DNA of 64,000 bases from Sphingopyxis sp. Its GTDB lineage: Bacteria; Pseudomonadota; Alphaproteobacteria; Sphingomonadales; Sphingomonadaceae. The position numbers and the translations under genes were made by a program. This document shows, piece by piece, positions 19,964 to 30,334 of this stretch. Numbering within the stretch: the first letter of the stretch is position 1; each line of letters begins with the position of its first letter. The notes beneath the pieces are model-generated. The model did no database searches and was not told the DNA's origin. It saw only the letters and a program-made list of their open reading frames with translations. Location: NCBI RefSeq assembly GCF_025869345.1, contig NZ_JAOZVW010000020.1, positions 8,830-72,829 on the forward strand, in the 5' to 3' direction.

Positions 19964-20278
19964 TCAGGCCGCGAAGCGCCGGGCCGCCGGGCGGCGGGCG
20001 GTTTCGTCGAGCCAGGCGCGCGCCTGGCGCTGGGCTTCGGCGATTTCGTCGCGGCTCATTTCGTCGGACAGCTCGGCGCGGCATTGCTGCCCTTCGAGGC
20101 TGCCGCCGAGTGCGGCGAGATTGAACCATTTATGCGCCTGGATCAGATCGACATCGACACCGCCGGTCCCGGTGGAAAAGGCGATGCCGAGATCGAAATA
20201 GGCATTGGCATCGCCGCGCGCCGCGTCGAGCAGACGGCTTTCGATCAGATATTGGGCAGACTTCAGACTGTTCGCCAT
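19964..20278 (-). CDS. Sel1-repeat (TPR-like) small protein
   Basis: GDANAYFDLGIAFSTGTGGVDVDLIQAHKWFNLAA is a Sel1 repeat. Start at 20278 is preferred because AAGGGGG lies upstream; the ORF extends to 20299. Confidence 0.7.
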   Translation of the reverse strand: MANSLKSAQYLIESRLLDAARGDANAYFDLGIAFSTGTGGVDVDLIQAHKWFNLAALGGSLEGQQCRAELSDEMSRDEIAEAQRQARAWLDETARRPAARRFAA

Positions 20279-20422
20279 GATAACCCCCTTTGCCTCCACC
20301 CCACATGGAGACCTCGGCCCCCAAATTTGCTGTTTATGGTCAACAAAGCGTTAACAGCGGTGCGGATTTTTGGGGATAATGCGGGAAAGGGACGGAAAAG
20401 AGCGGATTTTTCAAGACATAAA

Positions 20423-20452
20423 CCGTCGCCCCCGCCTGCGCGGGGGCGACGG
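20423..20452 (-). terminator. hairpin immediately downstream of panC
   Basis: CCGTCGCCCCCGCCTGCGCGGGGGCGACGG begins 5 nt after the panC stop. Short T-run on both strands. Confidence 0.45.
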
Positions 20453-20456
20453 GGTT

Positions 20457-21296
20457 TTATTCGACCGCCAGATTGTCGATCAGCCGCGTCTTCCCCATCC
20501 GCGCCGCGGCGAGCAGGCGCGCGGGTTTGCGGAATATGGTCAGCCTTTCGAGGCTGTCGGCATCGGCGAGCGCGACATAGTCGACGCTGTCGAAACCGCC
20601 CGCGACGATGTCGGCTTCGGCTTTCGCAAGCGCTTCGGCAACGTTGGCGCCGTCCGCGATCGCCTTTGCCGCCGCCTTCAGCGCGCCGGGAAAGGCGATA
20701 GCTGCCCCGCGCTGCTCCTTCGACAGATAGGCGTTGCGCGACGACAGCGCGAGGCCGTCGGCGTCGCGCGCGATCGGCGCGCCCAATATGTCGAGCGCGA
20801 AGTCGAGGTCGCGTGCCATGCGGCGGATGATCGCGAGCTGCTGCCAGTCCTTTTCGCCAAAGATCGCGATGTCGGGGCGCACCTGATTGAACAGTTTCGA
20901 CACGATCGTCGCCACGCCGTCGAAATGGCCGGGCCGCGCCGCGCCGCAATAATCGGCGCCGAGTTCGGCAACCTCGATATGCGTCGAATGACCGGCGGGA
21001 TACATGGTGCCGACGTCGGGCGCCCAGAGCAGCGCCACGCCCGCTTCCACCAGCAGCGCAGCGTCGCGATCTTCATCGCGCGGATAGGCGGCAAAATCCT
21101 CGTTCGGGCCGAACTGGGTCGGATTGACGAAGATCGACACGACGACATGGTCGGCGACGCGCCGCCCCATGCGCACGAGCGACAGGTGGCCGTCGTGGAG
21201 CGCGCCCATCGTCGGCACCAGCGCGACGCTCTTTCCCCCCTGCTTCAGTGCCGAAACGGCACGGCGCAGCATCGCGATGTCACGGATGATTTGCAC
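20457..21296 (-). CDS. panC: pantoate--beta-alanine ligase
   Basis: VQIIRDIAMLRRAV...VALVPTMGALHDGHLSL is a canonical PanC N-terminus. GTG start at 21296 preferred over the upstream ATG at 21374. Confidence 0.92.
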   Translation of the reverse strand: MQIIRDIAMLRRAVSALKQGGKSVALVPTMGALHDGHLSLVRMGRRVADHVVVSIFVNPTQFGPNEDFAAYPRDEDRDAALLVEAGVALLWAPDVGTMYPAGHSTHIEVAELGADYCGAARPGHFDGVATIVSKLFNQVRPDIAIFGEKDWQQLAIIRRMARDLDFALDILGAPIARDADGLALSSRNAYLSKEQRGAAIAFPGALKAAAKAIADGANVAEALAKAEADIVAGGFDSVDYVALADADSLERLTIFRKPARLLAAARMGKTRLIDNLAVE

Positions 21297-21379
21297 GCTT
21301 GCCCTGCCTCCGATATTGGCGGCGCAACGACCACCCCAAGCGGCTGCCATGCGCCGCCAACAGGAAAATCGCAACGCTC

Positions 21380-22189
21380 ATGACGACGCCCGCCCCGCAC
21401 CGCATCATCTTTGCCAATGAAAAGGGCGGGACCGGCAAATCGACCTGCGCGGTGCATTTCGCGGTCGCGCTGACCAGCCTGGGCTGGCGCGTCGCGGGGA
21501 TCGACCTCGACCCGCGCCAGCGCACCTTTCACCGCTATCTCGAGAATCGCGAGAATACCGCGAAACGCCGCGATATCGATCTTCCCACCCCGCGCTTCGA
21601 GGTGTTCGAGGGGTCGACGATCGAAGATCTCGACGCGCAGGTCGCGCGGCTGGCCGAGGGCGTCGATTATCTGATCGCCGACACGCCGGGGCGCGATGAC
21701 ATCTTCGCGCGTCACCTCGCGACCACCGCCGACACGCTCGTCACCCCGATCAACGACAGCTTCATCGACTTCGACCTGATCGGTCAGGTCGATCCCGAGA
21801 CCTTTCAGGTCGTGCGCCCCAGCTTCTATTCGGAACTCATCTGGGACACGCGCAAGGCGCGTGCGAAGAGCGACGGGCGGACGATCGACTGGATCATCCT
21901 GCGCAACCGCCTCCAGCATGTCGACGCGCATAATATGCGCCGCGTCGGCGAGGCGCTGAACCAGCTCTCGCGCCGCGTCGGCTTTCGCGTCATCCCGGGG
22001 CTCGGCGAGCGCGTCATCTATCGCGAGCTGTTCCCGGCCGGTCTCACCTTGCTCGACAAGGCGCACCTCGGCGGCATGGGGATCGGCCACGTCGTCGCGC
22101 GGCAGGAATTGCGCGAAGCGATGGGCGGACTGAACCTTCCGGCGCGCGAGCGGTTTCATCCGGACGGGGACCTGTTCGCCGCCGCCTGA
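21380..22189 (+). CDS. mipZ: division-plane positioning ATPase MipZ (ParA-like)
   Basis: [18 protein letters not shown] (deviant Walker A), [23 protein letters not shown] and [15 protein letters not shown] parallel Caulobacter MipZ. Confidence 0.88.
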   Translation: MTTPAPHRIIFANEKGGTGKSTCAVHFAVALTSLGWRVAGIDLDPRQRTFHRYLENRENTAKRRDIDLPTPRFEVFEGSTIEDLDAQVARLAEGVDYLIADTPGRDDIFARHLATTADTLVTPINDSFIDFDLIGQVDPETFQVVRPSFYSELIWDTRKARAKSDGRTIDWIILRNRLQHVDAHNMRRVGEALNQLSRRVGFRVIPGLGERVIYRELFPAGLTLLDKAHLGGMGIGHVVARQELREAMGGLNLPARERFHPDGDLFAAA

Positions 22190-22212
22190 ATATTCTCCCC
22201 AAGAGGACAGCC

Positions 22213-23595
22213 ATGACCCACCAATTCCACCCCACGATGCTGCGCGAATATGACATTCGCGGTGTCGTCGGCGACACGCTGTCGGCCGCCGATGCGACCG
22301 CGATCGGGCGCAGCTTCGCGACGCTGATCCGGCGCGCAGGGGGCAGGCGGGTCGCTGTCGGCTATGACGGAAGGCTGTCGTCGCCGATGCTCGCGGAAGC
22401 CTTGGTCGAGGGGGTCAACGCCGCGGGAGTCGATGCCCTGACCATCGGCCTGGGGCCGACGCCGATGCTCTATTATGCCGCGTCAACCGAGGATGTGGAC
22501 GGCGGCATACAGATAACCGGCAGCCACAACCCCCCCGACTATAACGGCTTCAAGATGGTGTTTCAGGGGCATCCCTTCTTCGGCGCCGACATCCAGCGGA
22601 TCGGCGAAATCGCTGCCACGGGCGACTGGGAAAGCGGCGAGGGATCGGCGGAGAGCATCGACATCGTCGACGCCTATGTCGACCGGCTGGTCGAGGGCTT
22701 CGCCGGCAGCGCCTTCCGCATCGGCTGGGACGCCGGCAACGGCGCCGCGGGCACCGTCATCGAAAAGCTCACCGCGCGGCTGCCCGGCGAGCATCATCTT
22801 CTCTACACCGACATCGACGGCCATTTTCCGAACCACCATCCCGATCCCACGGTCGAGGCGAATCTGGCCGATCTTCGGAAGCTGGTCGCGGAGAAGAGCC
22901 TCGATTTCGGCGTCGCTTTCGATGGAGACGGCGACCGCATCGGCGCGATCGATGGCGAGGGCCGGGTGATCTGGGGCGATCAGCTCCTGCAAATCTATGC
23001 CGCGGCGGTGCTGAGGGAGCATCCCGGCGCGACGATCATCGCCGACGTCAAGGCGAGCCAGGCGCTGTTCGACCGCGTCGCCGAACTCGGCGGGAAGCCG
23101 CTGATGTGGAAAACCGGGCACAGCCTGATCAAGGCGAAGATGAAGGAAACCGGCAGCCCGCTGGCGGGCGAGATGAGCGGGCATATCTTCTTCGCCGACC
23201 GCTATTACGGCTATGACGACGCGCCCTATGCTGCGGTGCGATTGATCGAGGCGGCGACCAAGCTTGGGAAAAGCGTCACCGAACTGCGTGGTGAGATGCC
23301 CGCGATGGTCAACACCCCCGAGCTCCGCTTCCAGGTCGACGAGGTGCGCAAATTCGCCATTGTGGACGAGGTTCTGGCGCGGCTGGCGGCATCGGGTGCG
23401 ACGGTCGACCGCACCGACGGCGCACGCGTGCTGACCGGCGACGGCTGGTGGCTGCTCCGTGCCTCGAACACCCAGGATGTCCTCGTCGCGCGCGCCGAGG
23501 CGAAGGACGAGGCGGCGCTGGCGCGGCTGATGGCGGCGATCGACGAGCAGTTGGCGCTGTCGGGGGTGGAACGCGGCGAAAGCGTTGGGCATTGA
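22213..23595 (+). CDS. phosphomannomutase/phosphoglucomutase
   Basis: 460 aa. Active-site [13 protein letters not shown], metal loop FDGDGDR and sugar loop GEMSGH. Confidence 0.93.
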   Translation: MTHQFHPTMLREYDIRGVVGDTLSAADATAIGRSFATLIRRAGGRRVAVGYDGRLSSPMLAEALVEGVNAAGVDALTIGLGPTPMLYYAASTEDVDGGIQITGSHNPPDYNGFKMVFQGHPFFGADIQRIGEIAATGDWESGEGSAESIDIVDAYVDRLVEGFAGSAFRIGWDAGNGAAGTVIEKLTARLPGEHHLLYTDIDGHFPNHHPDPTVEANLADLRKLVAEKSLDFGVAFDGDGDRIGAIDGEGRVIWGDQLLQIYAAAVLREHPGATIIADVKASQALFDRVAELGGKPLMWKTGHSLIKAKMKETGSPLAGEMSGHIFFADRYYGYDDAPYAAVRLIEAATKLGKSVTELRGEMPAMVNTPELRFQVDEVRKFAIVDEVLARLAASGATVDRTDGARVLTGDGWWLLRASNTQDVLVARAEAKDEAALARLMAAIDEQLALSGVERGESVGH

Positions 23596-23606
23596 GCCCT
23601 GTCACG

Positions 23607-23731
23607 CCCTCCCCTTCAGGGGAGGGCAGCGAGACTTATGAACTTGTTCGTTAGTCGCAGCGGGTGGGGGCCAGCAGCCTTGCGCCATGTCGCAGGCCCC
23701 CACCCCAACCCCTCCCCTGAAGGGGAGGGGC
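23607..23731. repeat. intergenic repeat, family G (twin hairpins; the second is followed by a T-run)
   Basis: CCCTCCCCTTCAGGGGAGGGCAGCGAGACTTATGAACTTGTTCGTTAGTCGCAGCGGGTGGGGG...CCCCTCCCCTGAAGGGGAGGGGCTTTTT. Confidence 0.85.
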
Positions 23732-23821
23732 TTTTTGTCCCTGCAAAATTCCTGCCAGATTGACCTTTGCCGCTTCGCTGCGGTAACGCGCGCTGGGGGC
23801 TAGAACGGAACCGACCTCTTT

Positions 23822-24631
23822 ATGACCGACGAAACCACGACCGCGACGGCCGAAGGCGACCACGGCGTTTCCGAACACCGCGCGCATGTCCAGGAGGATG
23901 CCGTCGCGGGCAATGGCCTCGCGATCATCTCGATCGCCAAAAGCTATGACAAGCGCGTCGTCCTCTCCGACGTGTCGCTGTCGGTCGGCAAGGGCGAGGT
24001 CGTCGGCCTGCTCGGCCCCAATGGCGCGGGCAAGACGACCTGTTTCTATTCGATCATGGGGCTGGTGCGGCCCGACGCCGGGCGCATCATGCTCGACGGC
24101 GCCGACATCACGTCGCTGCCCATGTATCGGCGGTCGATCCTCGGCCTCGGCTATCTGCCGCAGGAAACCTCGATCTTTCGCGGCATGACCGTGGCCCAGA
24201 ATATCGAGGCGGTGCTCGAACTCGCCGAACCCGACAAGATCGCGCGCGAGCGGCGGCTGGAGGAATTGCTGGAGGAGTTCGGCCTCGCGCGGCTGCGCGA
24301 TTCGGCGGCGATGGCGCTGTCGGGCGGCGAGCGCCGCCGCGCCGAAATTGCGCGTGCGCTGGCTGCGAACCCGTCGATCATCCTGCTCGACGAGCCGTTC
24401 GCGGGGATCGACCCCCTGTCGATCAGCGACATCCGCGACCTCGTCGCCGATCTCAAGACGCGCGGCATCGGGGTGCTGATCACCGATCACAACGTTCGCG
24501 AGACGCTCGACCTCGTCGACCGCGCCTGCATCATCTACGACGGCAAGGTGTTGCTTGCCGGATCGCCCGCCGAGCTGGTGGCGGACCCCGAGGTGCGGCG
24601 GCTCTATCTGGGTGAGGGCTTTTCGCTGTGA
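23822..24631 (+). CDS. lptB: LPS export ABC transporter ATP-binding protein
   Basis: Walker A GPNGAGKTT and signature LSGGERRR. Immediately upstream of rpoN, the conserved arrangement. The N-terminal ~30 aa may not be translated. Confidence 0.9.
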   Translation: MTDETTTATAEGDHGVSEHRAHVQEDAVAGNGLAIISIAKSYDKRVVLSDVSLSVGKGEVVGLLGPNGAGKTTCFYSIMGLVRPDAGRIMLDGADITSLPMYRRSILGLGYLPQETSIFRGMTVAQNIEAVLELAEPDKIARERRLEELLEEFGLARLRDSAAMALSGGERRRAEIARALAANPSIILLDEPFAGIDPLSISDIRDLVADLKTRGIGVLITDHNVRETLDLVDRACIIYDGKVLLAGSPAELVADPEVRRLYLGEGFSL

Positions 24632-24657
24632 GCGCACCTTACAATCGAAAATGGTTC

Positions 24658-24744
24658 GTGTTCCCCCGCGAAGGCGGGGATCCATCTCCGGACGGCGTCA
24701 TGTCGAACCGGCAGGAGATGGGTCCCCGCCTTCGCGGGGACACA
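24658..24744. repeat. palindromic intergenic repeat, family C (opposite orientation)
   Basis: GTGTTCCCCCGCGAAGGCGGGGATCCATCTCC ... GGAGATGGGTCCCCGCCTTCGCGGGGACACAC. Confidence 0.9.
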
Positions 24745-24770
24745 CGGATTTTCTGATGCGGTAGCTGCCC

Positions 24771-26231
24771 ATGGCGTTGGGTCCGCGCCTCGATTTACGC
24801 CAGTCGCAATCGCTGGTGATGACGCCGCAGTTGCAGCAGGCGATCAAGCTGCTTGCGCTGTCGAACCTCGAACTCGAAGCCTATCTGGCCGAAGCGCTGG
24901 AGGGCAATCCGCTGCTCGACGCCGCGCCCGCCGACCGCGACGAGGGCGGCGCGGATGAGGGCGGCGAGGAGGCGCTGCCCGCCGCCGACGTGCAGCCCGA
25001 TACCGATGCAGCCTTGTCCTCCGACGCCGGCACCGCCGACGACCTCGACGTCGATTTCGCCGAGGAGCGCTTCCACCACGACAGCGCGAGCGATTCGGTC
25101 GGCCTGTCGGGCGAGGCGAGCGAAGGCATCGACTTCGACAGCTTTGCCGAACATGAGAGCACGCTCCACGACCATCTGCTCGCGCAGGTCGGCGAGCGCT
25201 TCGGCGGGATCGAGGCGGTGGTTGCGGCGCAGCTCGTCGCGCTAATCGACGAGGCGGGATACCTCCGCGCCGACCTTTCCGAGCTTGCGGCGCAGCTCGG
25301 CGTGCCGCTGGCGCTTGTCGAGGCGGTGCTCGCGGGCATCCAGACCTTCGACCCGTCGGGCGTCGGCGCGCGCGACCTCGCCGAATGCATCGCGATTCAG
25401 GCGCGCGAGGCCGACCGCTACGACCCCGCGATGGCGACGATGATCGCGCACCTCGATCTGGTGGCGAAAGGCGCCTTCCCGCAATTGAAGCGCATCTGCG
25501 GCGTCGATGACGAGGATCTCGCCGACATGATCCGCGAGCTGCGCGGCTACGACCCCCGACCGGGGCTGAAATTCGGCGGCGATGCGGTGCAGGCGGTCGT
25601 CCCCGACCTCTATGTCCGCCAGACCGCAAAGGGCTGGGCGGTCGAGGTCAACAGCGGCACCCTGCCGCGGCTGCTGGTCAACCGGCGCTATTATGCCGAA
25701 CTCGCGGCGGGCGCGGCGGCGAAGAGCAAGGCGTGGCTGTCCGAGCAGCTTGCGGGTGCCAACTGGCTCGTCCGCGCGCTCGACCAGCGCCAGCGCACGA
25801 TCGTCAAGGTCGCGAGCGCGATCGTCAAGCAGCAGGAGGGCTTCTTCCTCCACGGCGTCGCGCACATGCGCCCGCTGACATTGCGCCAGGTCGCCGAGGA
25901 CATCGGTATGCACGAATCGACCGTCAGCCGCGTCACCAGCAACAAATATCTGTCGTGCGCGCGCGGGCTGTTCGAGCTCAAATATTTCTTCTCGTCGGGG
26001 ATTTCGGCGACCGAGGGCGACGGCGCGGTCTCGGCCGAGGCGGTGAAGAGCCGGATCAAGGCGATGATCGAGGCCGAGGACGCCAAGGCGATCCTGTCCG
26101 ACGAGACGATCGCGCAGAAACTGTCGGCCGAAGGCCACGACATCGCGCGGCGCACCGTGGTCAAATATCGCGAGGCGATGGGCTATGGCTCGTCGGTGCA
26201 GCGGCGGCGGCAGAAGGCATTGGCGGGATAG
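24771..26231 (+). CDS. rpoN: RNA polymerase sigma-54 factor
   Basis: 486 aa. N-terminal LxLxQxQxLxMTPQLQQAIKLL, acidic region and a C-terminal RpoN box (ARRTVVKYRE). Confidence 0.95.
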   Translation: MALGPRLDLRQSQSLVMTPQLQQAIKLLALSNLELEAYLAEALEGNPLLDAAPADRDEGGADEGGEEALPAADVQPDTDAALSSDAGTADDLDVDFAEERFHHDSASDSVGLSGEASEGIDFDSFAEHESTLHDHLLAQVGERFGGIEAVVAAQLVALIDEAGYLRADLSELAAQLGVPLALVEAVLAGIQTFDPSGVGARDLAECIAIQAREADRYDPAMATMIAHLDLVAKGAFPQLKRICGVDDEDLADMIRELRGYDPRPGLKFGGDAVQAVVPDLYVRQTAKGWAVEVNSGTLPRLLVNRRYYAELAAGAAAKSKAWLSEQLAGANWLVRALDQRQRTIVKVASAIVKQQEGFFLHGVAHMRPLTLRQVAEDIGMHESTVSRVTSNKYLSCARGLFELKYFFSSGISATEGDGAVSAEAVKSRIKAMIEAEDAKAILSDETIAQKLSAEGHDIARRTVVKYREAMGYGSSVQRRRQKALAG

Positions 26232-26237
26232 GATTCC

Positions 26238-26397
26238 ATTCGCGCAGAGGCCTCAGAGGATTTGGTTCACGCGGAGGCGCGGAGACGCGGAGGAAAAAGG
26301 AGATTGGCGGCTTTGCCGCCCATTTTTTCTTCTCTGCGCACTCTGCGATGTCAGCGCGAACAGAATCTTCTCCGCGTCTCCGCGTCTCCGCGCGAAC
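26238..26397. repeat. palindromic intergenic repeat, family F (CGGAG subfamily)
   Basis: ...GGTTCACGCGGAGGCGCGGAGACGCGGAGG ... CTTCTCCGCGTCTCCGCGTCTCCGCGCGAAC. Confidence 0.85.
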
Positions 26398-26498
26398 TTT
26401 TTGGGCCGCTAATGCTCCATGGGGCAGTTGACTTTTCTCACCTATCCCCATAGGTGCGCCGCTTCGCGTAGCAACGCCAAGATTTACGGAAAAGACCC

Positions 26499-26624
26499 AT
26501 GAAGATTCGCAACAGCCTGAAGTCGCTGAAGGACCGCCACCGGGACAACCGCGTGATCCGCCGTCGTGGCCGGACCTATGTGATCAACAAGACCAACCGC
26601 CGCTTCAAGGCGCGCCAAGGCTGA
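26499..26624 (+). CDS. rpmJ: 50S ribosomal protein L36 (Cys-less type)
   Basis: [41 protein letters not shown] (41 aa), read directly. Too short for the supplied ORF track. Confidence 0.9.
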   Translation: MKIRNSLKSLKDRHRDNRVIRRRGRTYVINKTNRRFKARQG

Positions 26625-26721
26625 TGGTCCTGCCGGGGCGCCTGCCGCCCCGTGCGCATCTGCGAGCCAGCGTGACGCCGTCGGATGCTTCCGGCGGCGC
26701 TTTCGCGTGTCTGGAGGGTGC

Positions 26722-27339
26722 ATGATTCCCCGCTGCGTGATTTTCGACGTCGGCCGCGTCCTGTTCGACTGGGATTTGCGCCATCTGTTCGCGAAGCTGA
26801 TCGCCGATGAGCGCGAACTCGACTGGTTCGTGACCAACGTCGTCACCCCCCAATGGCATTTCCAGCACGATGCCGGCCGCCCGCTGGCCGCGATGGTGCC
26901 TGAGCGGAAGGCCGAATTTCCGGGCCACGCGGCGTTGATCGACGCCTATGCGACGCGCTTCAACGAAACGATTCCGGGGCCGGTGCCCGGAAGCCTGGAA
27001 CTGGTCGAGCGATTGGACGCGGCGGACGTGCCGCTGTTCGCGATCACCAATTTCGGGCATGAATTCTGGGAGGCGTTTCGCCCGACCCAGCCGGTCTTCG
27101 ACCGTTTTCAGGACATCATTGTGTCGGGCACAGAAAAGCTAATGAAACCCGACCCGGCGATCTATGCCCTCGCGATCGAACGATTCGGCATCGACCCCGC
27201 GGGCGCGCTGTTCGTCGACGATGTGGCCGCGAATGTCGCGGGCGCCGAATCGGTCGGCATCGCCGGGCATCGCTTCGTCGATGCGGCGGCGCTCGAACGC
27301 GACCTCGTCGCGCGCGCCTATCTGACGGGCCGGGCGTGA
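26722..27339 (+). CDS. HAD family hydrolase
   Basis: MIPRCVIFDVGRVLFDWD (motif I), ITNFGHEF, KPDPAIY and LFVDDVAANV motifs. The ORF begins at 26707. Confidence 0.8.
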   Translation: MIPRCVIFDVGRVLFDWDLRHLFAKLIADERELDWFVTNVVTPQWHFQHDAGRPLAAMVPERKAEFPGHAALIDAYATRFNETIPGPVPGSLELVERLDAADVPLFAITNFGHEFWEAFRPTQPVFDRFQDIIVSGTEKLMKPDPAIYALAIERFGIDPAGALFVDDVAANVAGAESVGIAGHRFVDAAALERDLVARAYLTGRA

Positions 27340-27863
27340 AAATCCGCGTCGCGACCGCTGACGATCTGCCGGCGATGCGCGAGCTGATGCGCCGCGCGAT
27401 CGACGAACTGCAACGGGGCTTCCTGTCGGCGGCCGAAGTGCGCGCGAGCCACGCGGTGATGGGGCTCGACACCCAGCTTGTTGCTGACGCTACCTATTTC
27501 GTCGCGATGATCGACGGCGAGTTGGCGGGATGCGGCGGCTGGAGCCGGCGCGCGACGCTCTATGGCGGTGATCATAGCAGCGACCTCCGCGAGCCGCGCC
27601 TGCTCGACCCCCGGTCCGAGGCGGCGCGCGTGCGCGCGATGTACACCGACCCCGCCTTCACGCGCCGCGGCGTCGGGCGCGCGATCCTGAAAGCGTCGGA
27701 AGCCGCCGCGCGCGCCGCGGGTTTCGCGGCCGCCGAATTGATGGCGACGTTGGCAGGCGAACCGCTCTATCGCGCGAGCGGCTATGTCGAGATCGAGCGC
27801 ACGGCCGCGCCGGTCGACGGCGTCGACGTCCCGCTGATACGGATGCGCAAGCCGCTCGTCTGA
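27336..27863 (+). CDS. GNAT family N-acetyltransferase
   Basis: 175 aa. Acetyl-CoA binding loop (RRGVGRAILKASE). 4-nt overlap with the upstream gene. Confidence 0.8.
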   Translation: MKIRVATADDLPAMRELMRRAIDELQRGFLSAAEVRASHAVMGLDTQLVADATYFVAMIDGELAGCGGWSRRATLYGGDHSSDLREPRLLDPRSEAARVRAMYTDPAFTRRGVGRAILKASEAAARAAGFAAAELMATLAGEPLYRASGYVEIERTAAPVDGVDVPLIRMRKPLV

Positions 27864-27925
27864 GACTGGTCGGAGTCGGGCCATGATGGCGTCGACGGCG
27901 TGGATCGGCAGGGTGTGCGATAGGG

Positions 27926-28075
27926 CTCGCGCAAAGGCGCAAAGACACGAAGAGGTCCCGCTTGCCGCGAAGCGGCTTTTCCCTACGAACATTTGGGCAA
28001 GCCGCGCCGTCGAAGGAAAAATAGGGCCATTCGGCCCGAGCCAGCTTCTTCGTGTCTTTGCGTCTTTGCGCGAAA
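27926..28075. repeat. palindromic intergenic repeat, family F (inverted relative to 10310-10458)
   Basis: CTCGCGCAAAGGCGCAAAGACACGAAGAGG ... CTTCTTCGTGTCTTTGCGTCTTTGCGCGAAA. The interior matches the reverse complement of the F copy at 10310. Confidence 0.9.
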
Positions 28076-28085
28076 TAAATGGAAG

Positions 28086-30266
28086 CTACTTCTCCACTCC
28101 CAATTGCGTCAGCACGAAGGCGAACTCCTCGGCATCCTCGTGGAGCGAGCCCCAGCGGCCCGATTTGCCGGCATGGCCCGCGCCCATGTTGGTGCGCAGC
28201 AGCAGCGTCGCGTCATTGGTGCGCGTCGCGCGGAGCTTGGCGACCCATTTGGCGGGCTCCCAATAGGTGACGCGCGGGTCGTTGAGGCCCGCCGAGACGA
28301 GCATCGGCGGATAGGATTTGGCGGTCACATTGTCGTAGGGGCTGTAACTCAGCATATAGTCGAACGCCGCCTTGTCGGTGATCGGATTGCCCCATTCGGG
28401 CCATTCGCCGGGGGTGAGCGGCAGCGTTTCGTCGACCATCGTGTTGATCACGTCGACGAAAGGCACCCCCGCCAGCACCGCACCCCACAATTCGGGCGCC
28501 TCGTTAGTGACCGCCCCCATCACCTGCCCGCCCGCCGAGCGGCCCTCGATCGAAATCTTGCCGGCGCTGGTATAGCCCTTCGCGATTAGCCCCTTGGCGA
28601 CGTCGATGAAGTCGTTGAACGTATTCTTGCGGTGATCGGTCTTGCCCGCGAGATACCAGGCGCGGCCCAGATCGTCGCCGCCGCGAACGTGCGCGATCGC
28701 ATAGATCATGCCGCGATCGACGAGGCTGAGCCGCGTCGTCGAGAAGCCCGGCGGGATGCGATAGCCATAGCTGCCATAGGCATAAAGGTGCATCGGCGCG
28801 CTGCCGTCGCGCTTCGTGCCCTTTTTGTAGACGAGCGAGGCGGGGATCATCGTCTTGCCGTCGCGGCTTGGAAGATTCACCCATTCGGTTACATATTGTG
28901 TCACTTCATAACCCGAAGGGATTTCCTGCACCTTCAGCGTTTCGAGCGTTCCGGTCGCGATATCATAGTCATAGACGGTATCGGGGGTGACCATCGACTC
29001 ATAATCGAGCCGCAACTTGTCCTGATGATATTCGGGATTGTCGCCGAGTCCCGCCACATAAGTGGCCTCGGGAAAGGCGATCCGGCCGGGGGTCAGCGGC
29101 GCGTCATAGCGACGGACGTCGACCTGATCGAGCCCGTCCTCGCGCGATTCCAGAACGAAATAGTCGCGGAACACCGAGAAACCCGTGATGTAGCTATGGT
29201 CCGATCCGGGGATCAGCGTTTTCCATGTCCCCGGCGCCTCGATGCTCGCGGTCGCAACGCGGAAATTGGGATGCTCGTCGTTGGTGAGGATGTAGAGCGT
29301 GCCGTCGCGCTCATCGACGCTATACTCGCGGCCCTTCTGGCGCGCCGAGACGAGTTGCATCTCTGCCTCGGGATTGTCGGCGGGGAGCAGATAGACCTCG
29401 TTGGTCTCATTATCGCCGGTCCCGATGACGATATAATTGTCGGCCGCGGTCTTGCCGATCCCGACGCCGAAACCGATGTCGGGCTCCTTGTAGAGCAATT
29501 TGTCCTGGCCGACCGGGGTGCCGAGCTTGTGCAGCCGGACATTGTCGGTGCGCCAATTCTCGTTCGCGAGGCCATAGAGGATCGCATCGTTCCCCGCCGT
29601 CCAGACGAGCGACGACAAAGTGCCGGGAATGACGTCGGGGAGCAGTTCGCCGGTTTCCAGGTTGCGGACGCGCGCCTCGAACCGCTCGGAGCCGTTATCG
29701 TCGAAGGAATAGGCCATCAGCCGGCCGTCGGGGCTGATCGACAGTTCGGCGAGGCGGAAATAATCCTTGCCCTCGGCCATCGCGACCTCGTCGAGGATGA
29801 GCTGGGTCTCGCCGGAGCCTGACGCGGGTTTGCGATACCATTTCTTATACTCGGCGCCCTCGTCATATTCGACCCAATAGAGCCAGTCGCCGTCCTTCTG
29901 CGGCACCGAGGAATCGGCCTCCTTGATGCGGCCCTTCATTTCCTGAAACAGGGTTTCGACGAGCTTTGCGTGCGGCTTCATCGCCGCGTCGAAATAGGCA
30001 TTTTCTTGCCTGACATAATCGAGGACGTCCGCGTCATCGACGACCGGATAGCTCGGGTCGCGCAGCCAGAAATAGGGATCGGACAGAGTTTTGCCGTGCA
30101 GCGTCGATTCGTGCGGCCGCTTGTCGGCAACCGGAGCGGCGGGCAGCGCGGGACTGTCGGTCAATGGGATCTCTTTCTCTTGGGCAAGGGCGGTGGGAGC
30201 AAAAGCGCCGGATGCGGCCACGAGCGGGGTGGTAATTGCGGCCAGGAACATCCAAATAGCACGCAT
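28086..30266 (-). CDS. S9 family serine peptidase (oligopeptidase B / prolyl oligopeptidase-like), secreted
   Basis: Signal peptide MRAIWMFLAAITTPLVAASGAFA, beta-propeller region, and catalytic GRSAGG (GxSxGG). Start at Met32 of the ORF. Confidence 0.9.
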   Translation of the reverse strand: MRAIWMFLAAITTPLVAASGAFAPTALAQEKEIPLTDSPALPAAPVADKRPHESTLHGKTLSDPYFWLRDPSYPVVDDADVLDYVRQENAYFDAAMKPHAKLVETLFQEMKGRIKEADSSVPQKDGDWLYWVEYDEGAEYKKWYRKPASGSGETQLILDEVAMAEGKDYFRLAELSISPDGRLMAYSFDDNGSERFEARVRNLETGELLPDVIPGTLSSLVWTAGNDAILYGLANENWRTDNVRLHKLGTPVGQDKLLYKEPDIGFGVGIGKTAADNYIVIGTGDNETNEVYLLPADNPEAEMQLVSARQKGREYSVDERDGTLYILTNDEHPNFRVATASIEAPGTWKTLIPGSDHSYITGFSVFRDYFVLESREDGLDQVDVRRYDAPLTPGRIAFPEATYVAGLGDNPEYHQDKLRLDYESMVTPDTVYDYDIATGTLETLKVQEIPSGYEVTQYVTEWVNLPSRDGKTMIPASLVYKKGTKRDGSAPMHLYAYGSYGYRIPPGFSTTRLSLVDRGMIYAIAHVRGGDDLGRAWYLAGKTDHRKNTFNDFIDVAKGLIAKGYTSAGKISIEGRSAGGQVMGAVTNEAPELWGAVLAGVPFVDVINTMVDETLPLTPGEWPEWGNPITDKAAFDYMLSYSPYDNVTAKSYPPMLVSAGLNDPRVTYWEPAKWVAKLRATRTNDATLLLRTNMGAGHAGKSGRWGSLHEDAEEFAFVLTQLGVEK

Positions 30267-30334
30267 CACAAGACTCCCGCGGCATCGCCCCCGGTGGGCA
30301 GGATTGCCTGCGATGTAGGAACAAGGAACCAGCC

